64,000 bases of DNA, taken from contig NZ_OZ245929.1 of assembly GCF_965229775.1 (NCBI RefSeq), positions 5,094,430-5,158,429 on the forward strand, in the 5' to 3' direction. Positions 19,397 to 28,634 of the stretch are shown piece by piece (position 1 is the stretch's first letter; each line of letters opens with the position of its first letter). The translations under genes and the position numbers were made by a program. The stretch comes from Roseibium sp. (GTDB lineage: Bacteria > Pseudomonadota > Alphaproteobacteria > Rhizobiales > Stappiaceae). The notes under the pieces were generated by a model. The model was not told where the DNA came from, did no database searches, and saw only the letters and a program-made list of their open reading frames with translations.

Positions 19397-21169
19397 TCAG
19401 TCGATCTCAATGATGATGCCCGTATGGACCACGTGGGCGTCTGCCCAACGGTTATACGGGATCGGGGGTTCATTGAAGAACGCGGCCATCACCGCCTGAC
19501 CCTCGCCACTGTTGTTTGGCTGGCTCGGGAACCACGGTATCCAGTCGGCGGGTTCGCCGGTCACCCAGCCCCAACCGCCATCGGGTTCGCGCGCGCCGTC
19601 CGTTTGCTGCAAACCGAAGGTCGGACCGACATAGGAATTGTCGCCATGGTCCCGCCAGAATCTCTTGTCGTCCTTGACCAGACGAAAAACGAAGTCGTTT
19701 TCTTCAGGCGTCGTGAGCGTCGCCAGATGTCCGCCGCTGCGCTTGGCGAGCGCATTCGCTCCGTCGACCCTCGCACAGCACCATGTCAGAACACCGATAA
19801 ACAGACGGTCTTCGAAAAAGCCATACACAAATTCCTTGCCTGTAAGCGCTGTTGCCGCTTTCAGAAGCCGCGGGTCCGTCTCGAGAAGGGCAAGCGTTTT
19901 CGGGTCATAACGGCGTGCATTGCTGGAGGATACGATCGGGACTGAACTGGTTTCAGCCGCAATCAGTTCGATGTTCAGTGCCTCTGCCGTTCCCGCAGTC
20001 ACCACGCCGGTCGACGGCAGCCCGGCCGCCGCCTGGAAATCCGCAATCGCCCGGCGCGTCCGCGTCCCGATCACGCTATCCTCAGGACCCGCGTCGTAGC
20101 CGCGCGCATTCAGTGCCGCCTGCACCGCCTGGGCGTCTTCCTTCGACAACCCGAGCGACTGCTCGGCCGAAGCCGCCGCCTCGCGCGCAACCGTGATCTG
20201 CCCACTTTCAGCAACGACGCTTCCCGGTGCGCCCGCCAGCGCTGCTGCCGTCAGTTCCTCGCGCGCGGTCAGCGCCAGATCGCGCATCGAACCTGCCGGG
20301 AACCGCTTCAGGTAGATGTCCCAGGCCCGCTCGGTGTTGATCGCCAGCGCCGCCTCGAAGATCGCCTCCTCCTGCGCTGCGGCGATGGCCGCGCCCTCAC
20401 CTCCTGCGGCAAGGTTCAGGTACACCTCAAGTGCCAGGTCGTTCGTCACAATCGGTACCTGCTTGTCCTCGGTATCGGCTTTCACGTCGCGGATAACGCG
20501 CTTCATCAGCGTCAGAATCTCGACATTCTCGGTCGGCAGGTGCTTCGCCAGAGCCGCCGTGAACGGCGAGTTCCCCGAAGCCCCGTCATAGGCGACCTGC
20601 CCGGGCGAGGCCGCGAACATCAGCATCGATCCCTGAAAGCGCCCTGCCATCGGTGCGAGGCCCCGCGTCGCAAGCGCACGCGTCGGCGAGAAATTCTGGG
20701 TATAGAACTCGGTGGCAAGCGGATTGTCCCGGCAGGCGTCGATGAAAACCAGAGCGGCGCGCGCTCTTTCTTCAAGCATCTGCACGATCCGGTTGAGCGG
20801 CAGCGCCTCGCTCTGCACGTCGAAGGCACTTCGCAACGCGGCGTCCACCCCCAACAGGTAATTCTGTCCCTCGAACTGCATACCGTGGCCGGCGTAGTAA
20901 AAGAGCGTTACGTCCGCGCCCTCGGTCCGGTCGAGGAAAGCCGAAAATTCGGATGCCAGCCCTGCCCGCGTCAGATCGGTCGCCAGCGTGACTTCGAAGT
21001 CCAGTCCTTGGAGCGTTTCAGCCACAAGGCGCGCATCGTTGACCGGATTGGCAAGCGGCCCCGCGTTGGCGTAGTCCGCGTTGCCGACAATGAACGCCGT
21101 GCGTTTCGCCGCAAGGGATGGAAGCGCGCTCAGCACCAACACAAAGGCGAAAACAAGAAATCGAAACAT
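19397..21169 (-). CDS. Secreted caspase-family (C14) peptidase with peptidoglycan-binding and C-type lectin domains
   Basis: Signal peptide; catalytic YAGHG and DACR; VQAALNARGYDAG...IADFQ PG-binding; GGHLATLTTPEEN...WGWVTGE...QPNN...RWAD lectin. Confidence 0.88.
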   Translation of the reverse strand: MFRFLVFAFVLVLSALPSLAAKRTAFIVGNADYANAGPLANPVNDARLVAETLQGLDFEVTLATDLTRAGLASEFSAFLDRTEGADVTLFYYAGHGMQFEGQNYLLGVDAALRSAFDVQSEALPLNRIVQMLEERARAALVFIDACRDNPLATEFYTQNFSPTRALATRGLAPMAGRFQGSMLMFAASPGQVAYDGASGNSPFTAALAKHLPTENVEILTLMKRVIRDVKADTEDKQVPIVTNDLALEVYLNLAAGGEGAAIAAAQEEAIFEAALAINTERAWDIYLKRFPAGSMRDLALTAREELTAAALAGAPGSVVAESGQITVAREAAASAEQSLGLSKEDAQAVQAALNARGYDAGPEDSVIGTRTRRAIADFQAAAGLPSTGVVTAGTAEALNIELIAAETSSVPIVSSSNARRYDPKTLALLETDPRLLKAATALTGKEFVYGFFEDRLFIGVLTWCCARVDGANALAKRSGGHLATLTTPEENDFVFRLVKDDKRFWRDHGDNSYVGPTFGLQQTDGAREPDGGWGWVTGEPADWIPWFPSQPNNSGEGQAVMAAFFNEPPIPYNRWADAHVVHTGIIIEID

Positions 21170-21506
21170 TGGCACCCTGCCGGCAATTTATCTGTTCAGA
21201 ACAATTCACCTGACATGCATACCTAACCCAACGGCAAGCGACAAGCTTCAGCCCGTCACCCGCTGGCGGGTCTTGCAAGAACAATCGGAACCGCAGCACG
21301 CCAACGGTGTGCAGAACCGCCCATACTTTACGCAAAGGAAATACTGGTAACTTGCCAGCTTGATGTAGTAGAGTCTTAACAAGCGCTCGTTGAACAGCGC
21401 ACCGTGCTTTACCTTGCAAACATGATTTTAGAAGTTCTGCGGCCATGAAGGCCGCGCTGTCGAGTCGTCAGTCCATTTGGCTGTAAATTGTTCCGAAGGG
21501 GGCAAG

Positions 21507-22853
21507 ATGGTATTCGATATTCAAGCCGCGCTGAAACGTATTGCAAGCGTATTCGGCCAAACAAATGATCAAGCCCCTGCCCCGACCGGTGATGATGGCC
21601 TCTTGCCGGGCCAGATTGCCGACGCGCTACAGCCGCAACCCTACCCCAGCGTGACGGAGTGGCCGGATGATGTCCTTGCAACGATCCGCTATCGCCAGTC
21701 CACGAGCTATCGCGAAGTATCGCGGGCGCTCGGGATCAAGGGCGGCGCGGCCGCCGCGTTCGAGCATCTGCGGGAAACGCCGCGGCCGGGCCTGACACCG
21801 GAGCAGTTTCGCGACTACATGGGCTGGCAATCGCTCTTTTCCGACGAAGAGCTTGAAGCAGCCAAACAGACAATTGCCGAGGCCGATGCAGAAGAGCCCG
21901 AATTGCCGCAATTCGACCTGGAAGACGGCCTGGTCCGGCAGCGCTGGTTCCGGATCCAGACCGTGCTGGAAGAACAGGCGTTGCGTCATGTCGGCCAGCC
22001 GCTGCATATGTTGCCGTATATCGCCACCCTTCCGGAGGGCGACATCAACGCACGCGTCGTCCCGACCATGGATGGCGACAACTACGTCATTTTCTATGAC
22101 CACGGCATGATGCGTTATCTCCGTGACTTCGCCGCGCTGGTGTGCTGGGTGGCACCGCCGATCGATCCCACGGCCCTGTTGGATGACCGGGCGATCGCGC
22201 AACTGCCCCGCTCCCATACCTTGCCGCCGGGCACGATCGACGTGTGCCTCAACACCCTGCGACGCTACATTTACGAAGGAACCCCTGAAGCGGACGCTCC
22301 CTACGTGTCCCCACCGGAATGGAACAGGCATCTGTTTGTGCCTGTTTTCCAGAACATGCTGAGCTTTGTCGTGGCTCACGAGCAAGGACACGTGCGCCTC
22401 GGACACTTTGCGACCGACCGTTTCGGCCCGGTCCCCGAAGGAGAGGCCGATGGCAACGCGGCCTTCCTGATTTCCTATCAATCCTTGCTTGGCGGCCAGT
22501 CATGGTCGGTTCCCTTCTGGTGTGCCGACCTGGCACTCATCGCCTTCCGCATGCTGGATCATACCTTGTGCGTGCTGGAACACGGGAAGACCGGTCTGCC
22601 CTGGAAAGACGAGATATACCCCGCGCCGGAAGAGCGCCGAAATAGCCTCAGGAACTACGTACCCGGGGATATCCCGGAGATATCGAGATTGGCGACCGGC
22701 AACCTCATCGGCATGAACAACTCGCTTTTTGCCATGGTCGAGGACCAGGTCACCCTGTTCTTAGTCAGTGACTACACCAAGGGGCTGCGGCCATCTCCGC
22801 TGTGGAACGGCCGCGTCCGCCGAACATGGGGCCGCGCGCCGCAAACGCCATAG
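21507..22853 (+). CDS. Cytoplasmic HEXXH zinc metalloprotease-like protein (M48/U49-like)
   Basis: INARVVP, HEQGHVRLGH (22377-22406), downstream EGEAD, C-terminal YPAPEER; no signal peptide. Confidence 0.7.
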   Translation: MVFDIQAALKRIASVFGQTNDQAPAPTGDDGLLPGQIADALQPQPYPSVTEWPDDVLATIRYRQSTSYREVSRALGIKGGAAAAFEHLRETPRPGLTPEQFRDYMGWQSLFSDEELEAAKQTIAEADAEEPELPQFDLEDGLVRQRWFRIQTVLEEQALRHVGQPLHMLPYIATLPEGDINARVVPTMDGDNYVIFYDHGMMRYLRDFAALVCWVAPPIDPTALLDDRAIAQLPRSHTLPPGTIDVCLNTLRRYIYEGTPEADAPYVSPPEWNRHLFVPVFQNMLSFVVAHEQGHVRLGHFATDRFGPVPEGEADGNAAFLISYQSLLGGQSWSVPFWCADLALIAFRMLDHTLCVLEHGKTGLPWKDEIYPAPEERRNSLRNYVPGDIPEISRLATGNLIGMNNSLFAMVEDQVTLFLVSDYTKGLRPSPLWNGRVRRTWGRAPQTP

Positions 22854-22896
22854 CAACGAAAAACGTATGTCATTCGATCAGGAGGATGGAAGCAAC

Positions 22897-23292
22897 ATGG
22901 ATACGATGACGACCGTTGAAATCGACGTGGAATTCACGCCCGATTCGCCGGAGGAACAGGCGAGTATCGAGAGCGCCGTCAGAGAGGCGGCGGAAGGCGA
23001 CAGCTTCAAGACCGGCAAGGGACTTGGCGCCAGCGGATTCGAACTGACGATCCTGGCAATCCTCGGCGTCCGGGCTCTCGTCGACCTCGTCATGCTCATT
23101 CGCCGGGAATGGCGCACGGGCGTCGTTATCGATTTCGAGGGCGAGAAAGTACGTGTCACGAAAGATCCGGACCTGCCCAAGGGCGAGGTCATCATTTTCC
23201 ACAAGGATGGAACCAAGGTCACGCGAAAACAAAACGAGATTGACGGTTTAGGCGATCTGATCACCGCCGCCGCCAAAGTGTTTTCCAAATAG
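22897..23292 (+). CDS. Small protein with one hydrophobic helix and a beta-rich C-terminus
   Basis: GGAGGA RBS; 43 bp after the protease stop; ELTILAILGVRALVDLVMLI helix. Confidence 0.75.
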   Translation: MDTMTTVEIDVEFTPDSPEEQASIESAVREAAEGDSFKTGKGLGASGFELTILAILGVRALVDLVMLIRREWRTGVVIDFEGEKVRVTKDPDLPKGEVIIFHKDGTKVTRKQNEIDGLGDLITAAAKVFSK

Positions 23293-23326
23293 CGGCAAAC
23301 ACAAGCGGCTGTGAGGCAGACCGGAC

Positions 23327-24631
23327 TTAACCGAAACGCTGCTCCATCTCGCGGCGGATCCTCACGGCATCGGCGGTCTCGTCAATGTCGACGTCGTCCC
23401 AGGTCACGATCTGTCCGGCGGCAATGCCGTTCTTCAATGTCACGCCGTGGGCAAGGCCGATCGGCAGCGCGCCCCGCGCAAGCGAGGTTCTTGCCGGCAA
23501 CAGCTTGCCCCAGACCGTCGATCCGCCTTCCCCGTCCAGTCTCTCACCGATGGCAAGGTCGCGTTTGGCCGTCGCGGCAACATCGGCGTCGAAGGACAGC
23601 GTCGAGCCGGTCGGCTTGCCGAGCAATGCAGCGGACAGGATGGAAACGTTCAGCTCGAGCCCGATCAGGTGAAAGGGCTTGTACATCGCCGAGTAGCGTC
23701 CGGAGGCGTCCGTGTTCATGCCGTATTGCCGGAAACAGGCGGCGGCGTAAGGGTTCGGTGCTTCGATGACGACATAGACGCCCCAGCGAAGATCCCGGAA
23801 TACCGGCCGGCCATCCCGCTCCAGGGAAGACACGACTTCCACCATGCCTTTTCCGGCCAGCTGACCGCCATCTTCAACGGGGCGCAGAACATGCGCCAGA
23901 TCATCCATTCCGGCAGGCGGGAACAGCAGGCCGTCCGGCGGCGGCGTCAGACCCGTTGCATTGGCAATCGCAGCCATTTCGAGCGCGGATTTGGTGCCGT
24001 CGAGGAAACTGTTGAACATCTGCGCGTTCATGCCGGCGGCCGCTGCCTGCTCTGGCGTCAAGCCATAATGATCCCAGACCGTATCCGGCGTGGACGCATG
24101 GTAGCTGGGCAGGTATTTTGTGCCCTTGCCGGCCGCGACGACGCTGAACCCGCAGGACCGGGCCCACTCCACCATCTCACAGGTCAGCGCCGGCTGGTCA
24201 CCATAGGCCATCGAGTAGACCACGCCCGCCGCGCGCGCCTCTTCCGCCAGGAGCGCGCCGGCCAGCACATCGGCTTCAACATTGACCATGACAACGTGCC
24301 GGCCCTGCCGGATTGCCTCCCGGGCATGAACAAGACCCGCGACAGGGTTGCCGGTCGCTTCGACAACAACATCCACATCGTCACGCGTCATCATGGCCAT
24401 GGCGTCGTCGGTGAAGGCCACGCCGCCGGCCAGATCCTCCGTCCAGCCGACTTCGGCGCACGCCTTGCGGGCATTGTCGGGACGCAGATCCGCAATTGCC
24501 GACACCGTCAACCCTGGCGTGGTCGGAACCTGGCTCAGGAACATCGACCCGAACTTGCCCGCACCGATCAGACCCACCCGCACCGGCCGTTGCGCTGCCA
24601 CGCGTGCCGACAGCTCCTGATAAACGAACAT
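23327..24631 (-). CDS. NAD(P)-dependent oxidoreductase with C-terminal SAF domain (homoserine dehydrogenase-like)
   Basis: IGAGKFG Rossmann motif, VVEATG, AYGDQPAL, SAF AKRDLAIGERLDGEGG. Confidence 0.85.
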   Translation of the reverse strand: MFVYQELSARVAAQRPVRVGLIGAGKFGSMFLSQVPTTPGLTVSAIADLRPDNARKACAEVGWTEDLAGGVAFTDDAMAMMTRDDVDVVVEATGNPVAGLVHAREAIRQGRHVVMVNVEADVLAGALLAEEARAAGVVYSMAYGDQPALTCEMVEWARSCGFSVVAAGKGTKYLPSYHASTPDTVWDHYGLTPEQAAAAGMNAQMFNSFLDGTKSALEMAAIANATGLTPPPDGLLFPPAGMDDLAHVLRPVEDGGQLAGKGMVEVVSSLERDGRPVFRDLRWGVYVVIEAPNPYAAACFRQYGMNTDASGRYSAMYKPFHLIGLELNVSILSAALLGKPTGSTLSFDADVAATAKRDLAIGERLDGEGGSTVWGKLLPARTSLARGALPIGLAHGVTLKNGIAAGQIVTWDDVDIDETADAVRIRREMEQRFG

Positions 24632-24835
24632 GCGCCTCCCCTTTTCAACTGTAGTCCCGCAAAGCCAACCCGGTCCGAGCGTCAGAATTCAAAGATTGCC
24701 GGAGCGATGTCAACTCGGCTTTCACCGGCGCACGCACCGTGTCCGGTCAGCAACGGCGGCCGCGCCGGACCCCGTGTTCCGGATTGCGGCAACTCTGCAC
24801 TTCCCTTTGTCCGCCCGACCTGCCACGGTGCCGGG

Positions 24836-25555
24836 ATGAGCAGAATGTTTGAAGAACTGGACTACGCCCCGACCCCGATCGGAGCGATTTCGCTGCGGCG
24901 AAGGCATATCCTGTCGCTCGGGATCGATGTCTTCGAAATCCTGCTCGGGGACGAACATCTGATGTCGAGCCTGTTCACCGCGTCCGAAATCGCACTGGCC
25001 GACAAGGGGATGGCCGCGCTGAAAGGCGACCGGCTGGAAGTGCTGGTGGGCGGTCTCGGACTTGGTTACACCGCCAGGGCCGTGCTGGCGGATGAACGCC
25101 TGCACTCGCTTGATGTGGTCGATCTTCTGGAACCCGTGATCCGCTGGCACCGGGAGGGACTGGTGCCGATGAAAACCGAGCTCGCCGACGACCCGAAATG
25201 CCGGCTTGTGCAAGGAGACTTCTTTGCATTGGCGGCATCGCCGGATGGGTTTGATGCCGAGCATCCCGGACGCCTCTATGACGCGCTCCTCATCGACATC
25301 GACCACACGCCGGAGCGGCTTCTGCACGGAGGCTCCAAGGGCTTCTACACGGCAGAAGGCCTCCGCTCCGTGCAGCGTTTCCTGAAACCTGGCGGGATCG
25401 TCGGGCTTTGGTCGGATGAGCCACCCGATGAGGCCATCACCAATCGGCTGGCCGGAGCCTTTGACCAGGCATGGGTCGAGCCTGTCGTATTCGCAAACCC
25501 GCTGCAGGAGGGCCGCGAGGTCACGCAGGCCGTTTATCTCGGACGCAAGGCCTGA
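24836..25555 (+). CDS. Spermidine-synthase-like SAM methyltransferase
   Basis: LVGGLGLGYT, GDFF, DIDHTP, LKPGG. Confidence 0.8.
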   Translation: MSRMFEELDYAPTPIGAISLRRRHILSLGIDVFEILLGDEHLMSSLFTASEIALADKGMAALKGDRLEVLVGGLGLGYTARAVLADERLHSLDVVDLLEPVIRWHREGLVPMKTELADDPKCRLVQGDFFALAASPDGFDAEHPGRLYDALLIDIDHTPERLLHGGSKGFYTAEGLRSVQRFLKPGGIVGLWSDEPPDEAITNRLAGAFDQAWVEPVVFANPLQEGREVTQAVYLGRKA

Positions 25556-25558
25556 CCG

Positions 25559-26197
25559 TCACGGCAGGTTGAATGTCAGAAGAAGGTTGTTCGCCGGCAT
25601 CGCATCGTTTGCCAAGGGCGAAAACCCGGCTGCGCCTGCAATTTCAGACACGGCCTCGACCGATTTGTACCCGATCGCGGGATCCCGGGCACGCAGCGAC
25701 GTGTCAAATGCACGATCACCATCCGAAGCGTAGGACGACCCTCGCAGAAACGGACCGTAGACAATCACCCGGCCACCGCCACGCAGCGCTGAACGCGCCT
25801 CTTCAAAAAACCGCGAGACAAACGTCGCCGGTACGAGATGAAGAAGATTGACGGTCAGGACCGCCTGGGCAAACCCCTGCCCGACCGGCCAGGAGGCCGA
25901 GATATCGATGGCCAGAGGTTCGGCAAGGTTCTTCAGGCCGCTGCTGCGCCGCCAGGCGGCAATGCTCTCCCTTTGCCCGGGGTCGACGTCGGAGGGTACC
26001 CAGTCAAGTTCCGGAAACGCTTCTGAGAAGGCGGCCGCATGCTGACCGGTGCCGCTCGCCACTTCCAGGACGCGTCCTTCGGAGGGCAACCGTTGCCGGA
26101 GTGCTTCAATCAGCGGACCACTGTTGCGCAGGGCCGCCGGTGCGGTTCGACGGCCGTCGGCAGCTTCGTCCGCCTGTTGAATGATGTGTCTTGCCAT
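25559..26197 (-). CDS. DUF938-family SAM-dependent methyltransferase
   Basis: VLEVASGTGQH, WVPSD, YGPF...FDTSLR, MPANNL. Confidence 0.85.
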   Translation of the reverse strand: MARHIIQQADEAADGRRTAPAALRNSGPLIEALRQRLPSEGRVLEVASGTGQHAAAFSEAFPELDWVPSDVDPGQRESIAAWRRSSGLKNLAEPLAIDISASWPVGQGFAQAVLTVNLLHLVPATFVSRFFEEARSALRGGGRVIVYGPFLRGSSYASDGDRAFDTSLRARDPAIGYKSVEAVSEIAGAAGFSPLANDAMPANNLLLTFNLP

Positions 26198-26296
26198 GAC
26201 GCGACGATGCCAGCCGGAACGGCCTGCGTCCAGCCCGGAAGACGCCGGATAAACCGGCGGTCATCGGCGCTTCATCTCAACGCCTGGATGCGGGTT

Positions 26297-26845
26297 TCAG
26301 GCAGCGGCGTGTTCGTGACACAGCTCGTCGGCCTGCTCGGCCGTGAGGTCGACCTGAAGCAGCGTGCAATAAAGCCCGGCCTCCGCCGTCCTGTGATATT
26401 TGCAGGTTCTGCACAGCCCGAATGACCGGAAACCGCGTGCCGCGAGCTGAAGCCTGATCAGTTCGGAGAGCGTTTTCTCCAACGCGGCGCCGCTTTCCGT
26501 GTCGAGCCTCCCAAGTGCCTCGTCGAGCGCATCCATCCGGCCGGCCACGTCGAAACCCGCCTGCGTGACATCGTAGGAAATGGTCCGTTTGTCAGCGTCA
26601 GACGCCGAACGCTCAATCAACCCCTTTTTCTCCAGCGCTTTCAATGTCTGCGAGGCCGTCCCCCTTGTCGTGCACAGATAGTCGGCGACCTGGGACGGCG
26701 AGCGCGAAAACCGGTTCGCACGCACAAGATATCCAAGCGCACTGCGCTGCGCGGGGTTGAGGTCGTCCGCCCAGTCTTCGGAGGCAATGAGCCGTTGAAG
26801 GCGATCCAGCAGCGGACGAACACGTGATCGGGAGTCGTTTTCCAT
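26297..26845 (-). CDS. MarR-family regulator with Cys-rich C-terminal extension
   Basis: wHTH TRGTASQTLKALEKKGLI...DKR; tail CRTC...C...CHEH. Confidence 0.85.
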   Translation of the reverse strand: MENDSRSRVRPLLDRLQRLIASEDWADDLNPAQRSALGYLVRANRFSRSPSQVADYLCTTRGTASQTLKALEKKGLIERSASDADKRTISYDVTQAGFDVAGRMDALDEALGRLDTESGAALEKTLSELIRLQLAARGFRSFGLCRTCKYHRTAEAGLYCTLLQVDLTAEQADELCHEHAAA

Positions 26846-26853
26846 GATCTATA

Positions 26854-26893
26854 AGTAGCGACTCAAAATAATCCTTGCAATAGTAGCGACTCA
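26854..26893. promoter_or_regulatory. Duplicated 12-bp operator-like motif in the marR divergent promoter
   Basis: AGTAGCGACTCA at 26854-26865 and 26882-26893. Confidence 0.6.
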
Positions 26894-26933
26894 CTATTAA
26901 TTAACATCCATCAAACACGAAAGGAGTTTTTCG

Positions 26934-27686
26934 ATGCGCCCCTCAATCATTTGTCTGACGTCCTGCGCCCTGCTGACTTTCGGGCCGGCGCTTGCACATG
27001 ACAAAAACACCCACGCGGTCAACCAGGAGACCGCGATCCATTCGCCGGTAAAGAAGAGCAAGACGGCGTCCCTGGACATCATCGCCGCGCATATTCACTC
27101 CGATGGCAATGTTCTCACGTTTCACATGACCACCAACGGTGTCGCAGGTGCCGACACGCCGGAGCCGACCGGTGAAGTCGCGGGGGCGGCCGTTTGGTCC
27201 TATGTCTGGCCGACGACGCTTGATCCCTCCCTGGTCGGTTTCGAGGAAGGCGCCGGCATTCTCGCGATGGCGGCGACCAATCACCCCGACTTCGACGACA
27301 CGCCGCTTTACGACGAAAATCTTGACGGCGATCTCGGCAATGACGGCGGCGTCTGGCACAGCCATTGGGTGGTTCTCGCCCCGACCGAGGCCTGCGGTCC
27401 AGGCGCTCTTGCAGTCAAGGACATCCCGGAAAACACGACCCCCAGATTGCCGGCCACCTGGCCGGGTTTTCCCATCCTGCTCGACAGTCCGGGCTTCACG
27501 CCCGTATTCGACGGACCGGAGATCACGATCAGGGCTGCCGTCAACGGTGACGTTACCGGCGCGTCCTATGACGGCGTGACATCGGCACTGAAGGTCAACG
27601 AGAGCATTCACGCACCGCTGTTGTGCGTCACGGATGTTTTTGATGTCGCCTCGGGCGACCTCTCGCTCCCGGGCACCATCGAGTGA
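26934..27686 (+). CDS. Secreted hypothetical protein, His/Asp/Trp-rich
   Basis: Signal peptide; NHPDFDDTPLYDEN, WHSHWVVL; RBS AAGGAG. Confidence 0.8.
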   Translation: MRPSIICLTSCALLTFGPALAHDKNTHAVNQETAIHSPVKKSKTASLDIIAAHIHSDGNVLTFHMTTNGVAGADTPEPTGEVAGAAVWSYVWPTTLDPSLVGFEEGAGILAMAATNHPDFDDTPLYDENLDGDLGNDGGVWHSHWVVLAPTEACGPGALAVKDIPENTTPRLPATWPGFPILLDSPGFTPVFDGPEITIRAAVNGDVTGASYDGVTSALKVNESIHAPLLCVTDVFDVASGDLSLPGTIE

Positions 27687-27693
27687 GACAGTC

Positions 27694-27724
27694 GATTGGT
27701 GGAGAGAAGCGCTCTCCACCGATC
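27694..27724 (+). terminator. Hairpin after the secreted protein gene
   Basis: GATTGGTGGAGAG-AAGCG-CTCTCCACCGATC. Confidence 0.55.
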
Positions 27725-27847
27725 ACGACCGCCGCTGCTCCCCGCATTGCACCGTAGACCGCCGCCTCCGGCCGGATCCTGACAGGCGTTTCTATGCCGG
27801 CCCGCTTCATGCACCGAAGTTGAGCAAGTGAAAAATTCCGTTCATTT

Positions 27848-28411
27848 CTAAATCCGGAATGAAAGCCCGTTCTGCTTTTCGGCCAGCATGTCGAAATGCA
27901 GATCAAGAACCTTGTGATCGTCTTCCGCCGAAGTCTGAAAACTCCGCCTTGTCGTATTCTTGACGATCAGAAACGCGGCTGCCCAGATCCCGATCAGGAA
28001 ACCGGTCCTGTCTCTGAGCTCGAGCCGGTGGCCGATCAGGTCGCTGCCGTCAAAACCCTCGTTGTCCTTGCTGGCGCAAATCTCGAGGCAAATCAGCTTG
28101 TTGCTGTAAAAGCGCCAGGACACCTTGTGAAGGATGCAGTCCTTGATGTGCTGATCGGTATCCCAGACAAATTCGGTCCAGTTGACCGGCCCATTCTTGG
28201 TTTCAATGGCACCGGTGTTGAACACCGAGGATTCAGTCTGCTGATGAGTGGAAAAATCGAGGGTGGCAGAAGGCCGCGACAGCGGTATCCAGGCCGTCCC
28301 GGCATCCCCGGTGACAGCCTTCTGCAGGGCCACAAACCGTTCCTTCGCCTCTGCTGAGACTCCGAGTTTGTCGAGAACCGGCTTGGCGAAAACCGAAGCA
28401 ATATGAAACAT
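27848..28411 (-). CDS. Hypothetical protein (187 aa)
   Basis: Only ORF with protein-like composition in the interval; no recognised domain. Confidence 0.55.
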   Translation of the reverse strand: MFHIASVFAKPVLDKLGVSAEAKERFVALQKAVTGDAGTAWIPLSRPSATLDFSTHQQTESSVFNTGAIETKNGPVNWTEFVWDTDQHIKDCILHKVSWRFYSNKLICLEICASKDNEGFDGSDLIGHRLELRDRTGFLIGIWAAAFLIVKNTTRRSFQTSAEDDHKVLDLHFDMLAEKQNGLSFRI

Positions 28412-28634
28412 CGTCGCCCCCACAGAACTGATGCGTACTTGGTCTTTTAAACTTCAAACACAAATAGAACTGCTTTCCTAGGCCAGACCCTCACAAACCA
28501 GGCCGCAATTGCGCGGCAAACGGCGATGGGATGCAAGGAAAAGTGCGAAAGGCGACAGAAAGCAAAATCCATGGTTAGAGCAAGGTTCGCGCCGACGTGT
28601 GTCACAACGATCGTTTATTGCGTTGATCTACCGG

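Noticed and set aside
23447-24835. 702-aa ORF as a fusion protein
   Set aside because: Its 5' part is the antisense shadow of the SAF oxidoreductase; the real gene starts at 24836.
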